DNA from: Spizellomyces punctatus DAOM BR117
Taxonomy: Eukaryota
NCBI GenBank assembly: GCA_000182565.2
Contig: KQ257450.1
Direction: 5' to 3' (one strand)
Length of the DNA stretch: 64,000 nucleotides
Shown piece by piece: positions 36,585-49,886 of the stretch. Position 1 is the first letter of the stretch, and each line of letters opens with the position of its first letter. The notes beneath the pieces were generated by a model. That model was given only the letters and a program-made list of their open reading frames with translations. It did not search any database and had not been told where the DNA came from. The translations under genes were made by a program, and so were the position numbers.

Positions 36585-37622
36585 TCAAGTCTTTCTGGCA
36601 ACGCAATACCAATTATCTCTATCATATCCTGATGTTTCTATTGTTGCCATCCCAGTCCGCGTAATGAGTTCATCAAGCTCTCCCTTGACAAAGAGATGGT
36701 AATATCTGGACCAGTTGTTAGAGAATTAATAAATAGATGGTAGCAATAACGAAAGAAACCCACCGCTGATACACAATGTCCTGACTACCTTCTTCTGTCG
36801 GCGTGGACCCTTTCGTTGGTTGCCCTTCAGGACAATAAATCTTTTTGGGCATTTTCCAAGGGACAAAGACATCCTGTTCTTGATATTTACGTTTACCCTA
36901 CTTGGACCACCATTAATATCTATTCACATCCAACCCGGTTCTGGAAAAGGTACAACCACGCACCTCCTGCTCAAACGCCCATACAAATACGAGAATTCGT
37001 CCCCCAGTCCTCGTTATTCTTAAAAGTTCCTATATGTTCATCAGCAACTATTGATTGCACTTGACATACTCCGTGAACAGACGAACCTTTAAAGCTTCTA
37101 ATCGCCGCTCTGGAGATGACATATGATGTATCACTGCTATTGAAATCACAAAATCCTATCGAAAATTAGTACAGTACTAGCAAGATCAACGAAAGGAACG
37201 AAACAACATACAAAGCATGCATCTCGATAGGGAAGGCTCAAATTGTCGCACACCATGGCTTCGAACCCTCGCTTTTGGACGATTTCGATCAATTTGTCAC
37301 TCCTAATAGTTCACAAGGTTGAACACCCAAGTATCAATCCTAGACGACGAGAACGTACCGATCCGAACCAACAGTAAACACCTCCTTATTTACTCCCAGA
37401 TATTTTCCATTTCCACATCCCACATCCGCACCAAGAGAACCTTTTTCCAGCTCCCTAACAAGCACATGTTACAATTCCGTACTAAGATAAACACGCGACA
37501 AAGACATACCGGAGGAAACTGTCAACAACTGGCCATGGTTTGTACCGTGTCGCACTGAAATGGTCTGCGATGAGGTTGTACACTTCATGAACGTGCGTCG
37601 TTTCAAGGTGGTTTGGTTGCAT
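36585..37622 (-). CDS. TRM9: tRNA (carboxymethyluridine-34) methyltransferase Trm9-like (multi-exon; missed by the ORF track)
   Basis: Reverse strand reads HVHEVYNLIADHFSATRYKPWPVVDSFL, DVGCGNGKYLGVN, and C-terminal SGYDRDNWYCVARKT*. Confidence 0.88.
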
Positions 37623-37673
37623 TATCGAATATCTGCAATAAGCCATACAGATCCGTCGTGATGGCCAATGAGT

Positions 37674-37687
37674 GTTGACATGGCAAC
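37674..37687. promoter_or_regulatory. X-box-like GTTGACATGGCAAC (TRM9/C9orf85 divergent promoter)
   Basis: Near-perfect X-box palindrome in a short intergenic region. Confidence 0.5.
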
Positions 37688-37784
37688 AAGGTCCTGCTTA
37701 GCTTCGCTTCCTTCTCCAACAAGCCAACTTTTTATTCAGGAACATTGAACGTACACCTATTTCGCAACAAACCGAGCAGCAGCA

Positions 37785-38549
37785 ATGGCCGGAAAAGTAT
37801 CGTCAGCAAAAGGAAAAGGCGGGGCAACCAAGTCTCGCCAGAAATATCAAAACACATTTGCATACAAACCGCACAAAAAGGATACCGTGGCACTTAAAAT
37901 TGCTGCCCTACCTGCTAAAGGATTGTGCCAGCGGTGTTTGGATATTGTTGACTGGAGGTTGGGGTCTCAGTTCTTTGTTGTGCAAGTTTGGGAATGATTT
38001 ACTTATTCTGTTCTCTGGGAATTAAAGAAAACGCATGAACAAGTACAAACCGTTGACGCAACCCAAGACATGGTGAGTTCTTATTCTAGCACAATAAACA
38101 CTATTTCCAATACTAAGCCAATACTCTTACCACTATAGTGTCGGATGTAAACAAAAGAAAGTAACAGACGCCTACCACGTCCTCTGCAAATCATGCGCCG
38201 AGGAAAAGAATGTATGCGCAAAATGTCAAGAAAGCACAGATGTCGTGACGTAAGTTTCCAAGTCAGATCTCTCTCATACTCCCATATGTTGAGAGCTCTT
38301 ACGGTATACATAAATAGTCCCGATATAAGAACACCCGCAGATATCCTACGCGAAGAACAAGATCAAGAACGTCTGCTTGCCTCCATGTCTGAACGCCAAC
38401 GACGATCTTATTTGAGACGAGTCGCACGCGGAGATGATGAGGGGGCGCAAAAAGTCGTTTTGGCCGCGGAAAAGAATGAGGACGGAGGTTGGAGCGATTT
38501 TGATGACTTTGATGATGAGGAAGAGGATGAAGAGGATGATGACGCTTGA
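37785..38549 (+). CDS. C9orf85-like (DUF2039) zinc-binding protein (multi-exon)
   Basis: KSRQKYQNTFAYKPHK, GLCQRCLDIVDWR/KRMNKYKPLTQP, AYHVLCKSCA....CAKC, SMSERQRRSYLR. Confidence 0.82.
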
Positions 38550-38656
38550 AAATAGGAAGGATGCAGTCCTTCTCCTCCATGTACAGTATTTATTTTAGTT
38601 CTTATTGCATTATCACGACATCATGTTCGATGATCCTCTTCAACTTCAACCGGCCA

Positions 38657-39927
38657 TCAGTCTTCTGTAACGGCGTCGTAAAGTCTTCTCCTAAAATTCT
38701 CGGCGAATTCCTCAATGGATGCCCCACTGGACAAATCTATTGCCTCACGGGGCAAGCGACTGGTCGTATACGCCGGATACGGACTCTGGGTTGCGTTTGC
38801 TTGGGATTCGATGATGCGGAATATAGGGGGCTGTGATGTTGGATCTGTTCGGCGGATAGAAGTTTAAGTATTGGAACGTCTTGCGTCATGGAAATGGACG
38901 ACATTGACTTACGCCGAAGGATCTCTTGCCATTGAAAGAGCAGTGAATCTGTTGTGAGGCTGAAAGGATTGAAGTCTAATAGCCATACTTTTCGATTGCG
39001 CTGATTGATATAGACATCAAATACATCTAATGGTTTTGCATCAGTTAGGACGTGTGACTGTCAGGACCTACGGGATCTGCCACTTACAGTCCGGATCAGG
39101 AAACCGTCCTTTGATTTTCTCTTCAAAGAATTCTATAATGGAGTCTTCCAGATCCTCCCTCGCTTCCGACAAAAAATCATAATAGTTGACAACGTCTCTT
39201 TGGCTGATTCCTATTGAATCCTCATGTCAATATCTTGTCACATATACCTGGTCCCCTGTACTTCTCCAGATCGAACGTTTAAACCCACCTACTAGCTCCC
39301 CATCCTTAACAAAACATCTGAACTCCATTGACGGCAGCAAGTCGTACCATTTTTTAAGAACCAGCTCAAACTTCTCCGGTCGCGTGGGTCCATTTTCACA
39401 CTTTTCAAATGCATGTCCCAGATCGTGGGCAACGAAATCGCTAGATTTCAGAAGAAGGAAGATTTCGGACGGGGTGGTGGATTTCAAAGTTGTGCCTGTT
39501 GTTATCCACGCTGCGTCCTGGAGAACAAGTATGAGATATCGTCCGATTGAGGAAGCTGGAGAAGTCGCACCTTTGGTGAACTCCAGTTAAGCTTTGGGAA
39601 AACAGCCCCACCCAAATCTTCAATATCTTGTTCAATTCTTCTTTGCAATTCTGGAAATGATGGACTTCTATCGTCCCCAATCTCCTCTTCTCCCCCGCTC
39701 TCGTCTCCACTTCCCCCCCAATGGTCTTCCTCGGCAGCGTCCTCCCCACGAGGCAAAAATACTCCGTCCGCATTTAAATATTCTATAAACTCTTCCTCCA
39801 GGGGTATGATTCGGCTCTTCAACGTACAGGCCGCAAATGTATCATACCAGGATGAAAAAGAACAGTTTTGGATGTGTTGAATGGTTGTCGGAGGAAAGTC
39901 CTGTGGTGGGGTCGTTGACACCGGCAT
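38657..39927 (-). CDS. CDC123: Cell division cycle protein 123 (ATP-grasp, eIF2 assembly; multi-exon)
   Basis: CSFSSWY, SRIIPL.EEFIEYL.ADG, LGGAVFPKLNWSSPK/DAAW, IFLLLKSSDFVAHDL, PSMEFRCFVK, WLLDFNPF. Confidence 0.93.
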
Positions 39928-40253
39928 GTCTCCAAGCTTTGACGAACTTGCAGATTGTTATCCAGTTCTGATTCGCTGAAACGGTCGGAAAAGAGTTGAT
40001 TTTGCGAGAGCTTTATATCTCAACTCACAGTACAAGTGTTTCCAACCAAGGCAAGTTTCGTAAACTTTATAAAGTCACAAAAAAGCCAGAAGGAAGATCG
40101 TTGCGATGAGTCAAGTGACAAAGCTGATTCATGTGTTGGTTTGAATCGGTTCTTGTCCGGTTGTCCGAGCGCGTTCTTTTTGGTCAACGATCCAGACGTC
40201 TTGCAAAAGATTCCTAGTGGCTAGACAACGCTATATAGGCATGTCACAACCAA

Positions 40254-41658
40254 ATGGCTGCACCTCCTGATCCTGTATTCGTGCTACGAGCACATGAAGC
40301 GGACGTTACGGCTGTCGTTTTCATAAGGAACAACACAATCTTGGCTTCAGGGTGAGCAGCCAATTTCATAAGTTTGCTGAAGGTTGAACACTTACCGATG
40401 CTATGGATGGTGGTAGCGACCAGGAAGGTCACATAATACTTTGGTCAGTACTTACTCGGCGTCCCATACGACGATGGCGTGCGCATACATCAGGGATCTT
40501 GGCCATTCACTCTGTAGCCGGCGACAATTTGCTAAGGTAGCTCCTCTGTGATTGGTGAAAAGTCTGGCTTTCCGCTATGGCTGAAAATCCCAAAGTCACG
40601 GCCGTGACGATCAGCTTCATATCTGGTCCTTGTGCGATCCGTCAGATAAAGCCTCGTCAAGCCCACAAAAGCCGGAATTCACCCTCCTGGTCAACTCTCT
40701 GAATTTTTGTGGGGTTTCTCTTTGGAAACAACCAGCGGACAGAGAAGGAGGCGCCGAGCAAACTCTCCTTGCGTTGCCAGGTCTGGGAGAAAATGCGGAG
40801 GTGGGCTCGGGCTTGGCTTTGATATGGCTTCACATCTGTATAATTGACCAGAGCGTCTCCCTAGATTGACATTTACAACTTGTCGACCAAGACATACACA
40901 CTCCAGGGTCTAAGCGTCCCAAATGCATCAAAAGACACAGGTATGTTGTGCTGTTTGTTTTTATGTCTTTCAACGTCTTGTGGTATAGTCTGAATATCCT
41001 AGGCTTGTGCATGTGCCTCAAGTTCTTTGAGGGTCCAACTGGGCTCTGCCTTGCAGCAGGTTACGAAAGCGGAACCATAATAATATGGGATATCGAATCC
41101 AAAGGCCTGGTGTGGAGACACAAAGTACACGAAGAGCCAGGTACTTTAATACATGTGGAAGAGCATTTATTGGTCCAGGAATCAAAACTTGGCTTCCCTC
41201 AGTCCTTTCGTTAGATGTCCTTCCAGACGGCTCGATCGGCTTTTCAGGTGGAGCCGAAACCAAAATCTCCCAGTTCTTCCCTATATCAGATCCCGAACAG
41301 ACCACTCGGCATCTCACTGTCCCGACCCGAGGTATAGCAGTGGTGCGCATACGGCCAGATGGAAAGATTGTAGCAACTGGAGGCTGGGACTCAAAGTACG
41401 ACATATTCGCGTCATCAACTGTGCCCAGTCTTCTTCCGTTGCTTACCCCCCTACCCCAGAATTAGAATATACAATGCAAAGAAATTTAAGCCGCTCGCAA
41501 TTCTTCGCGGACACCGGCAAGGTGTCTCATGTCTTGCATTTTCGGAAGCGGGATCATCACACGTTGGAAGTGAAACGAATTCTGAAGAAGTGGCGCCGCC
41601 GAATATGTTTGCCGCTGGATCAAAAGATGGGAACGTGACACTTTGGCAGATTTACTGA
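40254..41658 (+). CDS. WD40 protein ASA1/GNB1L-like (multi-exon)
   Basis: MAAPPDPVFVLRAH, LLVNSLNFC, GLCMCL, LAAGYESG, IRPDGKIVATGGWDSK/IRIY, PLAILRGH, FAAGSKDGNVTLWQIY*. Confidence 0.85.
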
Positions 41659-42163
41659 AATTGTTGGTGGGCCAAGAATGGGTCTCCTCTCTTGGAACGT
41701 GGGCAGCTAGTTTGCATTAGGGCCTCCCTGGAAATTGGTCAGCTCTCCTTCCGTTCAAGATATGGTGTACGCCTGTCGCGAGATACGGAGAATTTGAATC
41801 GGCCCCGCTACTTCTCACGCGCCATGCATCTGACTTGACACTCCGTTGATGGATATAATCTCGTCACTAATTTGGACGCGACTCGGTGGAGCTTGGGCTT
41901 CCGATATGATCACCGAATATTTTGATGTCGCCTGCTCGTCTCTTCTGTGAAGTTTTCACGGATGATTCAATGGATGATTCAATGGGGCTGCCTTCATAAA
42001 CACGCATTAACCATAATCGACAGCCGTCCTCCGATTAGGATTAACATTTTCCAGCATAGATACGCATATAATGCCGCATACAAATCCAAATGCAAAATCA
42101 TGTCATATAACAATGAATCTATACAATATCACTATCTACAAGTAACTGGCGAAATAGCTACAA

Positions 42164-43437
42164 TCATGCCTGCGCTGCTACATATGCCTTAATTTCTATT
42201 AAAGTGCAGTGTTTTAGTAGTGTATTCATCATGAGCCACAGCTACAATGACTTACTCTCTATTACGCTGAGATACGCCGTGTGGGCAGGGGAGTCCGGGT
42301 ATAGATCCAAAAAGGATTCTCCCAAATCGCAAGATTTTCCTGCAATAACACAGCATTAGTCATCAATCCTATGTTTTAACAGTCCCATGAATCATACCAA
42401 TTCGTGGATCCAAAGGAATCGAGCCCAAAAATGGCACACCAACTTCCTCTGCCATGCGCCTAGCACCCCCGGTGTTGGGTGCAAAAATGACCGACTCCTT
42501 CTTACATCCCGGGCATACGAACCCGCTCATATTTTCCACAACACCGATGATTGGAATCTTGGTCTTTTTGCAGAAGTTGATCTCCTTGCGTACATCCTGA
42601 AGAGACATTTCTTGTGGTGTTGTGATGATAACCGCTCCGTCAATACCCGCTTCTTTGAGATATTGCACGGCTGAGAGATGCTCATCGGATGTCCCAGGCG
42701 GGGTGTCCACAACAAGGAAGTCCAATTGTCCCCAATCGACATCTTTTAAGAACTGCTTAATAATGCCTAAGGGCAAATACCAGTTGAGATATAAGATTCC
42801 GTAGTCGTAGTCTGCTTGAGTAAACATTCGTACCGTTCTTTTTTGGTCCCCTCCATATGACAGCATCGTCGGGGTTTTCTAACATAAATCCGACCGACAT
42901 AACACCCAAATTGTCGCTGACGTATACTGGCGACCATCCTGAATTGCTTTGGTGTATCGTTTCTCCATCCAGACCGGTCATGCGTGGCATGGATGGACCT
43001 GTGATATCAATGTCCATAATACCGACCTGCGTACCACCAACTACGTCAATATTGCCCTTCCTAACAGCACGAACACTGTGAGTGACAAACACACCTGAAT
43101 TGATTCGTCCATAGATAGAGCAAACGCCAAGTTTGTTGTGAAGGTACTTTTGCCCACTCCGCCCTTTCCCGACAAAACCAGCACCTTGTGCTTGACTGAC
43201 GACATTCGCTCATTAATCAAGGGAATAGCTGGATCAGGTCCTTTGGGTCCAGTAGCGCAAGCTGCCTGATTTGGACATCCGGCGCATGAGGCAGCTTAAA
43301 AACAACGCCCATTCAATTCCGGTTCACAGATGATCAGTGTCGCCGCTAAAACACCTACCTTTGCCGGCCTGATCGCTGCCTGTTCCCGGGCAGTGCTCGG
43401 GAGCATTTTCGGGTACGTCTTCATTCCGAGGAGCCAT
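42164..43437 (-). CDS. NBP35: Cytosolic Fe-S cluster assembly factor NBP35/NUBP1 (multi-exon)
   Basis: N-terminal CPG...[11 protein letters not shown] cluster, [48 protein letters not shown]. Confidence 0.95.
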
Positions 43438-43893
43438 ACTTGTAAGATACAATGGTGATCTTCGTTAAAGTAAATGTAGCAAAGAAGTTGTTCGCTCATT
43501 TCAAAGCAATCTCCGATGCTCTGCCACATATCACATGACTTTAGGCGGTGGCGACGTGGCTGGTAACTTGCATGCCTCCGACTGGCCATCCTATTTGGTT
43601 TTGACCTCGTCTTTGCAAAAACTGTCCGCGACCGCAGGTTAATGGGCAGTTTTCATCCTGTCTGCCACTAGCACATGTTGAGGAGAGGAAGGGGACTTTA
43701 TACAAGTGCACCTACTGAAGATTACGACGACGACACATATCCTCTTCTGCCTACTTCATCGTTCCAATCGCGTTTTAGCTCTTCGTCCGCACCATCCTTC
43801 CCGCGACGCCATCGCGCAGACCGTTTTGATCCTCCACCCATAGAAGATCCTGAACCAATACCTCCACCTCCTCCTGAAGTCACCGTATTCGAC

Positions 43894-44744
43894 ATGTACT
43901 ACTCAAAACAGGCTTACATCACCTACGGTGCGAGCTTGGTGGCCCTAGTGGTCTTCCTAAATTTAATTTTTACTGGCAACGGCGAGCAGTTTAACGTCGG
44001 CAGGTTCTTGACCGAGACGTCACCTTATATGTGGGCGCTACTGGGCACGTCATTGACTGCTGGACTCAGTGTTGTTGGTGCTGCCTGGTGAGTTGAAAGG
44101 AGCGACGCGTCGAGCAACCGCTATAGGAGGTGGTGAAGGAATGGACACTGACTAAATGTTCGGATTGTTAGGGGAATTTACACCACGGGCTCCAGTCTTC
44201 TCGGTGCTGCTGTCAGAGCTCCTCGTATTCGAACGAAGAATCTTATCAGGTGTGTTTTGCTATGTTGAAGTATGTGCATTTGGCCCTGTTCGAAGGTATT
44301 GATCATCCCGTACACAGCATCATTTTCTGCGAGGTCGTTGCTATTTACGGTCTCATCATTGCAATTGTCTTTTCCTCTAAATTGAATGATGCCGCACTGG
44401 CTGCTGGTGAAACATGGTCGAGATCTGCTTACTATTCAGGTGCTTCCTTGCCATTACTGTTGACCGTCGAAGTTAAACATTTTGATTTAACGATGCTTTT
44501 ATCTCTCTACTCAGGTTATGCTTTGTTTTGGGCAGGTCTCACAGTTGGCTTTGCAAACCTCTTCTGCGGCATCGCTGTTGGAATCACAGGATCGACTTGC
44601 GCCATTGCAGACGCCTCCGATCCCCAGCTGTTTGTCAAAGTCCTCGTGATTGAGATTTTCGGTTCCATCATCGGCCTTTTTGGTTTGATCATTGGACTGC
44701 TGATGACCTCGAAAGTCCGCGAATTTGATGTCCAGCAAGGATGA
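43894..44744 (+). CDS. VMA16: V-ATPase V0 proteolipid subunit c'' (multi-exon; in-frame upstream ATG at 43675)
   Basis: [67 protein letters not shown]. Confidence 0.93.
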
Positions 44745-45179
44745 GTTGACATCTCTGATAAGAAAAGTTAGATAGGCTGGGAAACGGGATTTAGAGATTC
44801 AGCTTCCTTGGCGGCGTTTCTTGTAAACAAAGATCTCTGACCAATACGATTTTCATATTGTGATATACGGCCAACGGGGTGCTTTTTTGACCGGATGCGA
44901 ACCCCACTGTAGATCTCATGCAATAGAACTTCTTATGCGAACAGTGACGAAAGATAAATTGCCGGTATAATTAACTGAAATAATGTACATTTGTTCTCCC
45001 CACTATGGCCCCCCACGGGTAAACGAAGCATCGCGGGATTCCATGCTACATGTACCCACTGCTGTTGTACTGCGACATGGTTGTGGTGTGTGTCAAACCT
45101 CCAGTAGCGAGTCTTTCCCCGCGCGGCGGCACTTAGCAAGCTACATAACTGTAAATAAACCGTTCAACTATGTACGCTT

Positions 45180-45759
45180 TTAGGCCTTAGGAGCTGGCAA
45201 TCCGGGAATTTGGGGAGCGCCTGGAACTCCAGGAACGCCAAGACCAGGTTGAACCATCTATTCAAGATCAAAGCAATATTGGTCAGTCAATGAACCTGAT
45301 ATTTGAAAGTTTCACTTTTCCACTTGCCTGCTGAGCCTGTTGCTGCTGAGCCCGTACTTGAGCTTCCTGCTGGAACACAAACTGTTCCCTCTCCAATTCC
45401 AATGCAACCGGTAACCCCACAAGCATGGCGGCAGTGGCCAGAACCCATGCGGCGCTACCAACCCACTGAGCAGCACCCCACGTTGCGCTCGTGACATTCT
45501 TTACGGAGCGAACAATGCTTCGTCTGGTTGAGGGTGGAACGACATCCACCAAGGCGGATATACGCTCAAGGAGGGATTCGTCTTGGATGTCATCTTCGTC
45601 GTCGATCTCCAAGTCTTCAATATCGTCCTCGGACAAGAGCTCGTCACCATCTTCATCTTCGTATTGAGAGTCATTGTCGTCCTCTTCCAGGGTAGCAATC
45701 AGAGCGTCTTCTGTCGCCAGTACATGTGTTTCGGTGTGCACTTCTGTGAGCTCAACCAT
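45180..45759 (-). CDS. TOM22: Mitochondrial import receptor Tom22 (two exons)
   Basis: MVELTEV, acidic domain, DESLLERISALVDVVPP, TM GSAAWVLATAAMLVGLPVALELERE. Confidence 0.9.
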
Positions 45760-45820
45760 GGTTACTGTGTGTTCTGAAAAAGAAACCTGCGAACAGGAGG
45801 ATGTCATCGGGATTTCGCAC

Positions 45821-45834
45821 GCAACCATGGCAAC
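45821..45834. promoter_or_regulatory. X-box-like GCAACCATGGCAAC upstream of TOM22
   Basis: CCATGGCAAC core ~60 bp upstream of the ATG. Confidence 0.4.
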
Positions 45835-46043
45835 AAATGACAGTCCCGCCCGTGATGGATTACCCAATCATTGAGCTATTTCGGTTGATGATGGACGTAT
45901 AGTACATTCCTTAAAATTCCCACTGCAAGGTGAATGATAAAAATCATGAAGTGTATGTAAATGCTCTACAATGATGGCCTGATCTACCAGCCCACTTGTA
46001 CATATGATGGCTTGCATATCCCGCTCCTCTACTCTACTATGAT

Positions 46044-47841
46044 CTACTTGGCTAGCAGAGACTGCCCCGACATTTCTTCTGGAATAGGCAGATCCATCAC
46101 CTCCAAGATTGTCGGAGCAACATCCGCCAATGCGCCGATTTTAGACGGAATGAATTTGCGGGTGGTGGATGTCATGATGAATGGAACTAGAACGAAAAAG
46201 GGCCATTTTAGCAGCTGCTGCATCGCGCCTGTTCATAATTATGGTACTGACCTCGGGCGGTAGTGTGAGCCGTGTGTGGCTGTCCATTATCTCCAAACAT
46301 CTTTTCGGCATTTCCGTGGTCAGCTGTAATGAAGAGTGTATATCCAGCGCGTTTGCACGCTTCATATATAATTCCAATTCCCTTGTCGGTTGCTTCCACG
46401 CCCTTGATGGCAGCTTCGTACACACCAGTGTGTCCAACCTGCGTAGCATACCAGTAAGCGGACTGTTCAGATGTAGCTACCAAACAGTAGCGCTCACCAT
46501 GTCTGGAGGGGCAAAGTTGCACATTACGAAGGGATACTTTTTCGTTTCGACCGTTTCCGCTACCTTTTGCGCCACCTCGATTGCACTCATCTCCGGCTTT
46601 TTGTCGTAGGTTTGCACCTTTGGAGACGCAATCATCTCGCGATCTTCTCTCTTGTACTGTGCTTCTGTGCCTCCGTTAAAGAAGAACGTCACGTGGGCAT
46701 ACTTTTCAGTCTCGGCAATGTGGCTCTGGGGAATGTCATGTTGAGCCAACCATTCCGCCAAAACATTGGTCATCTTTTGTGGAGGGAAAATGACGGGAAA
46801 AGGGTAATCGGCTTTGTATTGGGTCATGGTGGTAATGGACTAGTATCGAGGATACTTAATTTTAGCCCACATCCTGAACACCTGAATGCAATTCACTTAC
46901 AATGTGCTTTGGCTTCTTGGCGGTCTCAAACGGTGTCTCAATGCCAAATGCTTGGGTGATCTCCCGCATACGGTCACTACGGTAGTTGAAGAAGATAAGG
47001 GTATCATTGTCTTGAACCCGTCCATCTTCTTCAACAATGATGGGTTTCAAGAACTCGTCCGTCTCGTCTTTGGAGTAGCGTTCTTTGACAGTCTTCAACG
47101 GGTCATCCGTCTTCTCTCCAACTCCCTGTACTAGACCCTCGTAAGCAACCTTGATGCGTTCCCATCGCTTATCACGGTCCATGGCATAGTAGCGTCCAAC
47201 AATAGTGGCGACAGAGCCGTATCCGATCTTCTTCATAAAGTCTAGCAATTCTTGAAGATACTTGTCAGCGGATCGGGGAGCCGTATCCCGCCCATCGCCA
47301 AAGAAGTGGACGAAAGTCTTGGGAACACCATAATCCTTCGCTGCCTCCAAGAGCTCGAAAAGATGTCTAATATGGGAATGGACCCCTCCGTCAGAAATGA
47401 GACCCAATAGGTGAAGGCGCCCATTGCCTTCTTTGGCCGACTTGAAGGCATCGACGAGTGCAGGCTGTTGAGCCAATGTTTTATTCTTGATGGAAAGATC
47501 AATTCGAACAATGTCCTAATCAGAAAGCCACAGTTAACATCCTTCAATAGGGCGGCCTAGTATCCGACTTTTCACACAGAATAGGAATGCGCACATACCT
47601 GGTACACGATTCGACCTGCGCCAATGTTCAGGTGACCGACCTCAGAGTTTCCCATCAAACCGTCGGGCAACCCAACTGCCAAACCGTGCGCGTCGAGCTC
47701 AGTCGTAGGATACCTCTTCTGCAAGTCTGTCATGACTGGGGTGTCCGCGTTCCGGATAGCGTCTCCCTTGGGGTCAGCCTCGGGGGAAATACCCCAACCA
47801 TCGATAACAATGAGACAAGTGTTGGTGGAAGGTTTTGTCAT
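46044..47841 (-). CDS. 2,3-bisphosphoglycerate-independent phosphoglycerate mutase (multi-exon)
   Basis: [71 protein letters not shown]. Confidence 0.96.
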
Positions 47842-48088
47842 GGTAGCAGAGTCTGGTAGTGTCAGCAGAAGCCCAGAGATGGTTGTGGGGATGGAGACGA
47901 CCTTCTTTGGGCCAGGACAACGGGATAATGCGGGATCGATTGTGTCATCACGGGATTCACGTAAGCGACCAGATATAAACAAACTCTTCAGGAAGTGCAT
48001 ATTTCGCAATCGATTATAACGCACGACAGGCGTTGTGGAAAAGTATACCGATGGATTAAATAAGCATCATATGTACATTATCTAAACT

Positions 48089-49759
48089 CTATTTGCGACC
48101 CCGTCTCTTGTTCTTCTTTCTGCCACTTGTTGCCGGTGTGGCTTCATGTTTGTTTGTAACAGTCGCCTTCGTTGTGATCTCTGCAGGAAGCCAGTCATTC
48201 ACAACCGCACCGGTCCTATTTTGGTCTTCTTGATCCGCTCCAGCTACCAGAGAATTTAATCGCTGGACAACTTCCTCACTTCCCATAAATTCGGCCCGCA
48301 CCCACGGCACGATTTTGCAATAAAGCTCATACAAGCCTTTGGCCAGTCCCGCTCGCACACAATAGGGTCCAATGGAGGCCAAATGTCTCGCATGAATGTG
48401 AGGATAATGCGGCCTCACATGCTCGGCTGACCAAACCAGCCATTCCATTGCTAGTTGGCCGGCCTTCCTCTGGTTTCCACGGGACGCCATTTGAACACAG
48501 AGAAACCCTTTCACCCAGTTGGAAATCCAATGAGCAGGACCTAGCGCTTCTGTTGCCGTCCTACGGATAACATCCATCTTTAAGAACCCCTTGTCAAACA
48601 TTGTGGTCTCATATCCATCAAAAATTGTCGTGGCTTCCAGTACGGCTTTCTCAAGTTGGGCTTCCGTTTTGAGCGGCATGTCAGCATTTGAAAAGCTAGC
48701 TTGACAAGAGCTACAACGCCATGGATGGAAATCGCCTCCCTTTTCATACACTGGATAAAGGATAACGCTGGCCACCTTGCACTTCGGGCATACCAACTTT
48801 CTACAATCGTCGGGGGCAATGCATCGCTCGCACTCGCAGCGAAAGAACTTGGTCGCCAAAAGCTTTGCTTGACGTAAATGCGTCGGCCAGCAAACGCTGC
48901 AAACATTGATAAATTATTCCCAGCTTCAAACCAACCAAAGATAAACAAACGCGCACCGAATATCATCGCTAATAGCATAATTTGTCGTGATAAGGTCGCC
49001 CGGTTTTATCTCTTTCAAAGCATAGTGCCTTAACTCAGATCCATTTCCGATATATACTGTCTTGTGCCATGAGAAATAAGTATTCTTAGAATCAGAGAAT
49101 TCTGCAGCATATTTTCTACCTTGGGAGAGCACGAATGTGCAAGTTTGGACCCTTTGATTTCAAGCATGTTAAGGCTCGATGCTCGGATTCAAGCCATTTA
49201 TAATACGAGAATCAAACCTTGGTCATATAACCCGACATATAGTTGACCATTTTCAATGTATTCGTGAGCATTGGTAGCCATTACTAATAGCACGTGGTGG
49301 AGCTCCTTGATGGAGAAACGCCCTAGCTCCTCGACATTCTGCTGGGCTGATGATGCCAGTGAACCGAGGATTTCCACTATCCCATGGCCGGCGTCGATTG
49401 GCGGAGCAGCGAAATTTGTCTAATCAAATTGCATCAATCCCAGTTTTCTTTGGCGCTATGGCTCAACCCATCCATACGCTGATCATGTTTCTTTTGTCTT
49501 GAGAGATATGGGAGTATTCTGCCAATATATTGGCCTGTAAATCCACAGGGATAACTGCGTTGGGATTTTCATCCGCGACTAATTGAAGGACGTCCCGGAT
49601 GCGCCGGCTCAAAGGGTTTGATAACGGGCTATCGGCCACAGCCAAGACCGGCAAGTCCACCATAACAACATCGCCCACATTGAACGACTTTGTCGCAACC
49701 GCAGCGCGACCCAAGTCGCCTTCAAAAAGGCGAATTTCCACTCCGCTCTCGGTCGTCAT
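48089..49759 (-). CDS. SET-domain (SMYD-like) lysine methyltransferase (multi-exon)
   Basis: GRAAVATKSFNVGDVV, GSKLAHSCSP, ALKEIKPGDLITTNY, post-SET FFRCECERC, then CPKC..C..C. Confidence 0.78.
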
Positions 49760-49886
49760 TTCATCCCTCCACACACCAACTAGCGATTTCCGATGGATCA
49801 GACCTGCTGTGCCATCGAGATATGACTCATTCAAGTCATTGACAATCCACCACCTCCAACCTCAAGAACAAAAGATCATTGCGACG

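Noticed and set aside
46044-47841. Bacterial-looking iPGM (gpmI) as a possible recent HGT
   Set aside because: It has spliceosomal introns, and cofactor-independent PGMs are known in many fungi and nematodes.
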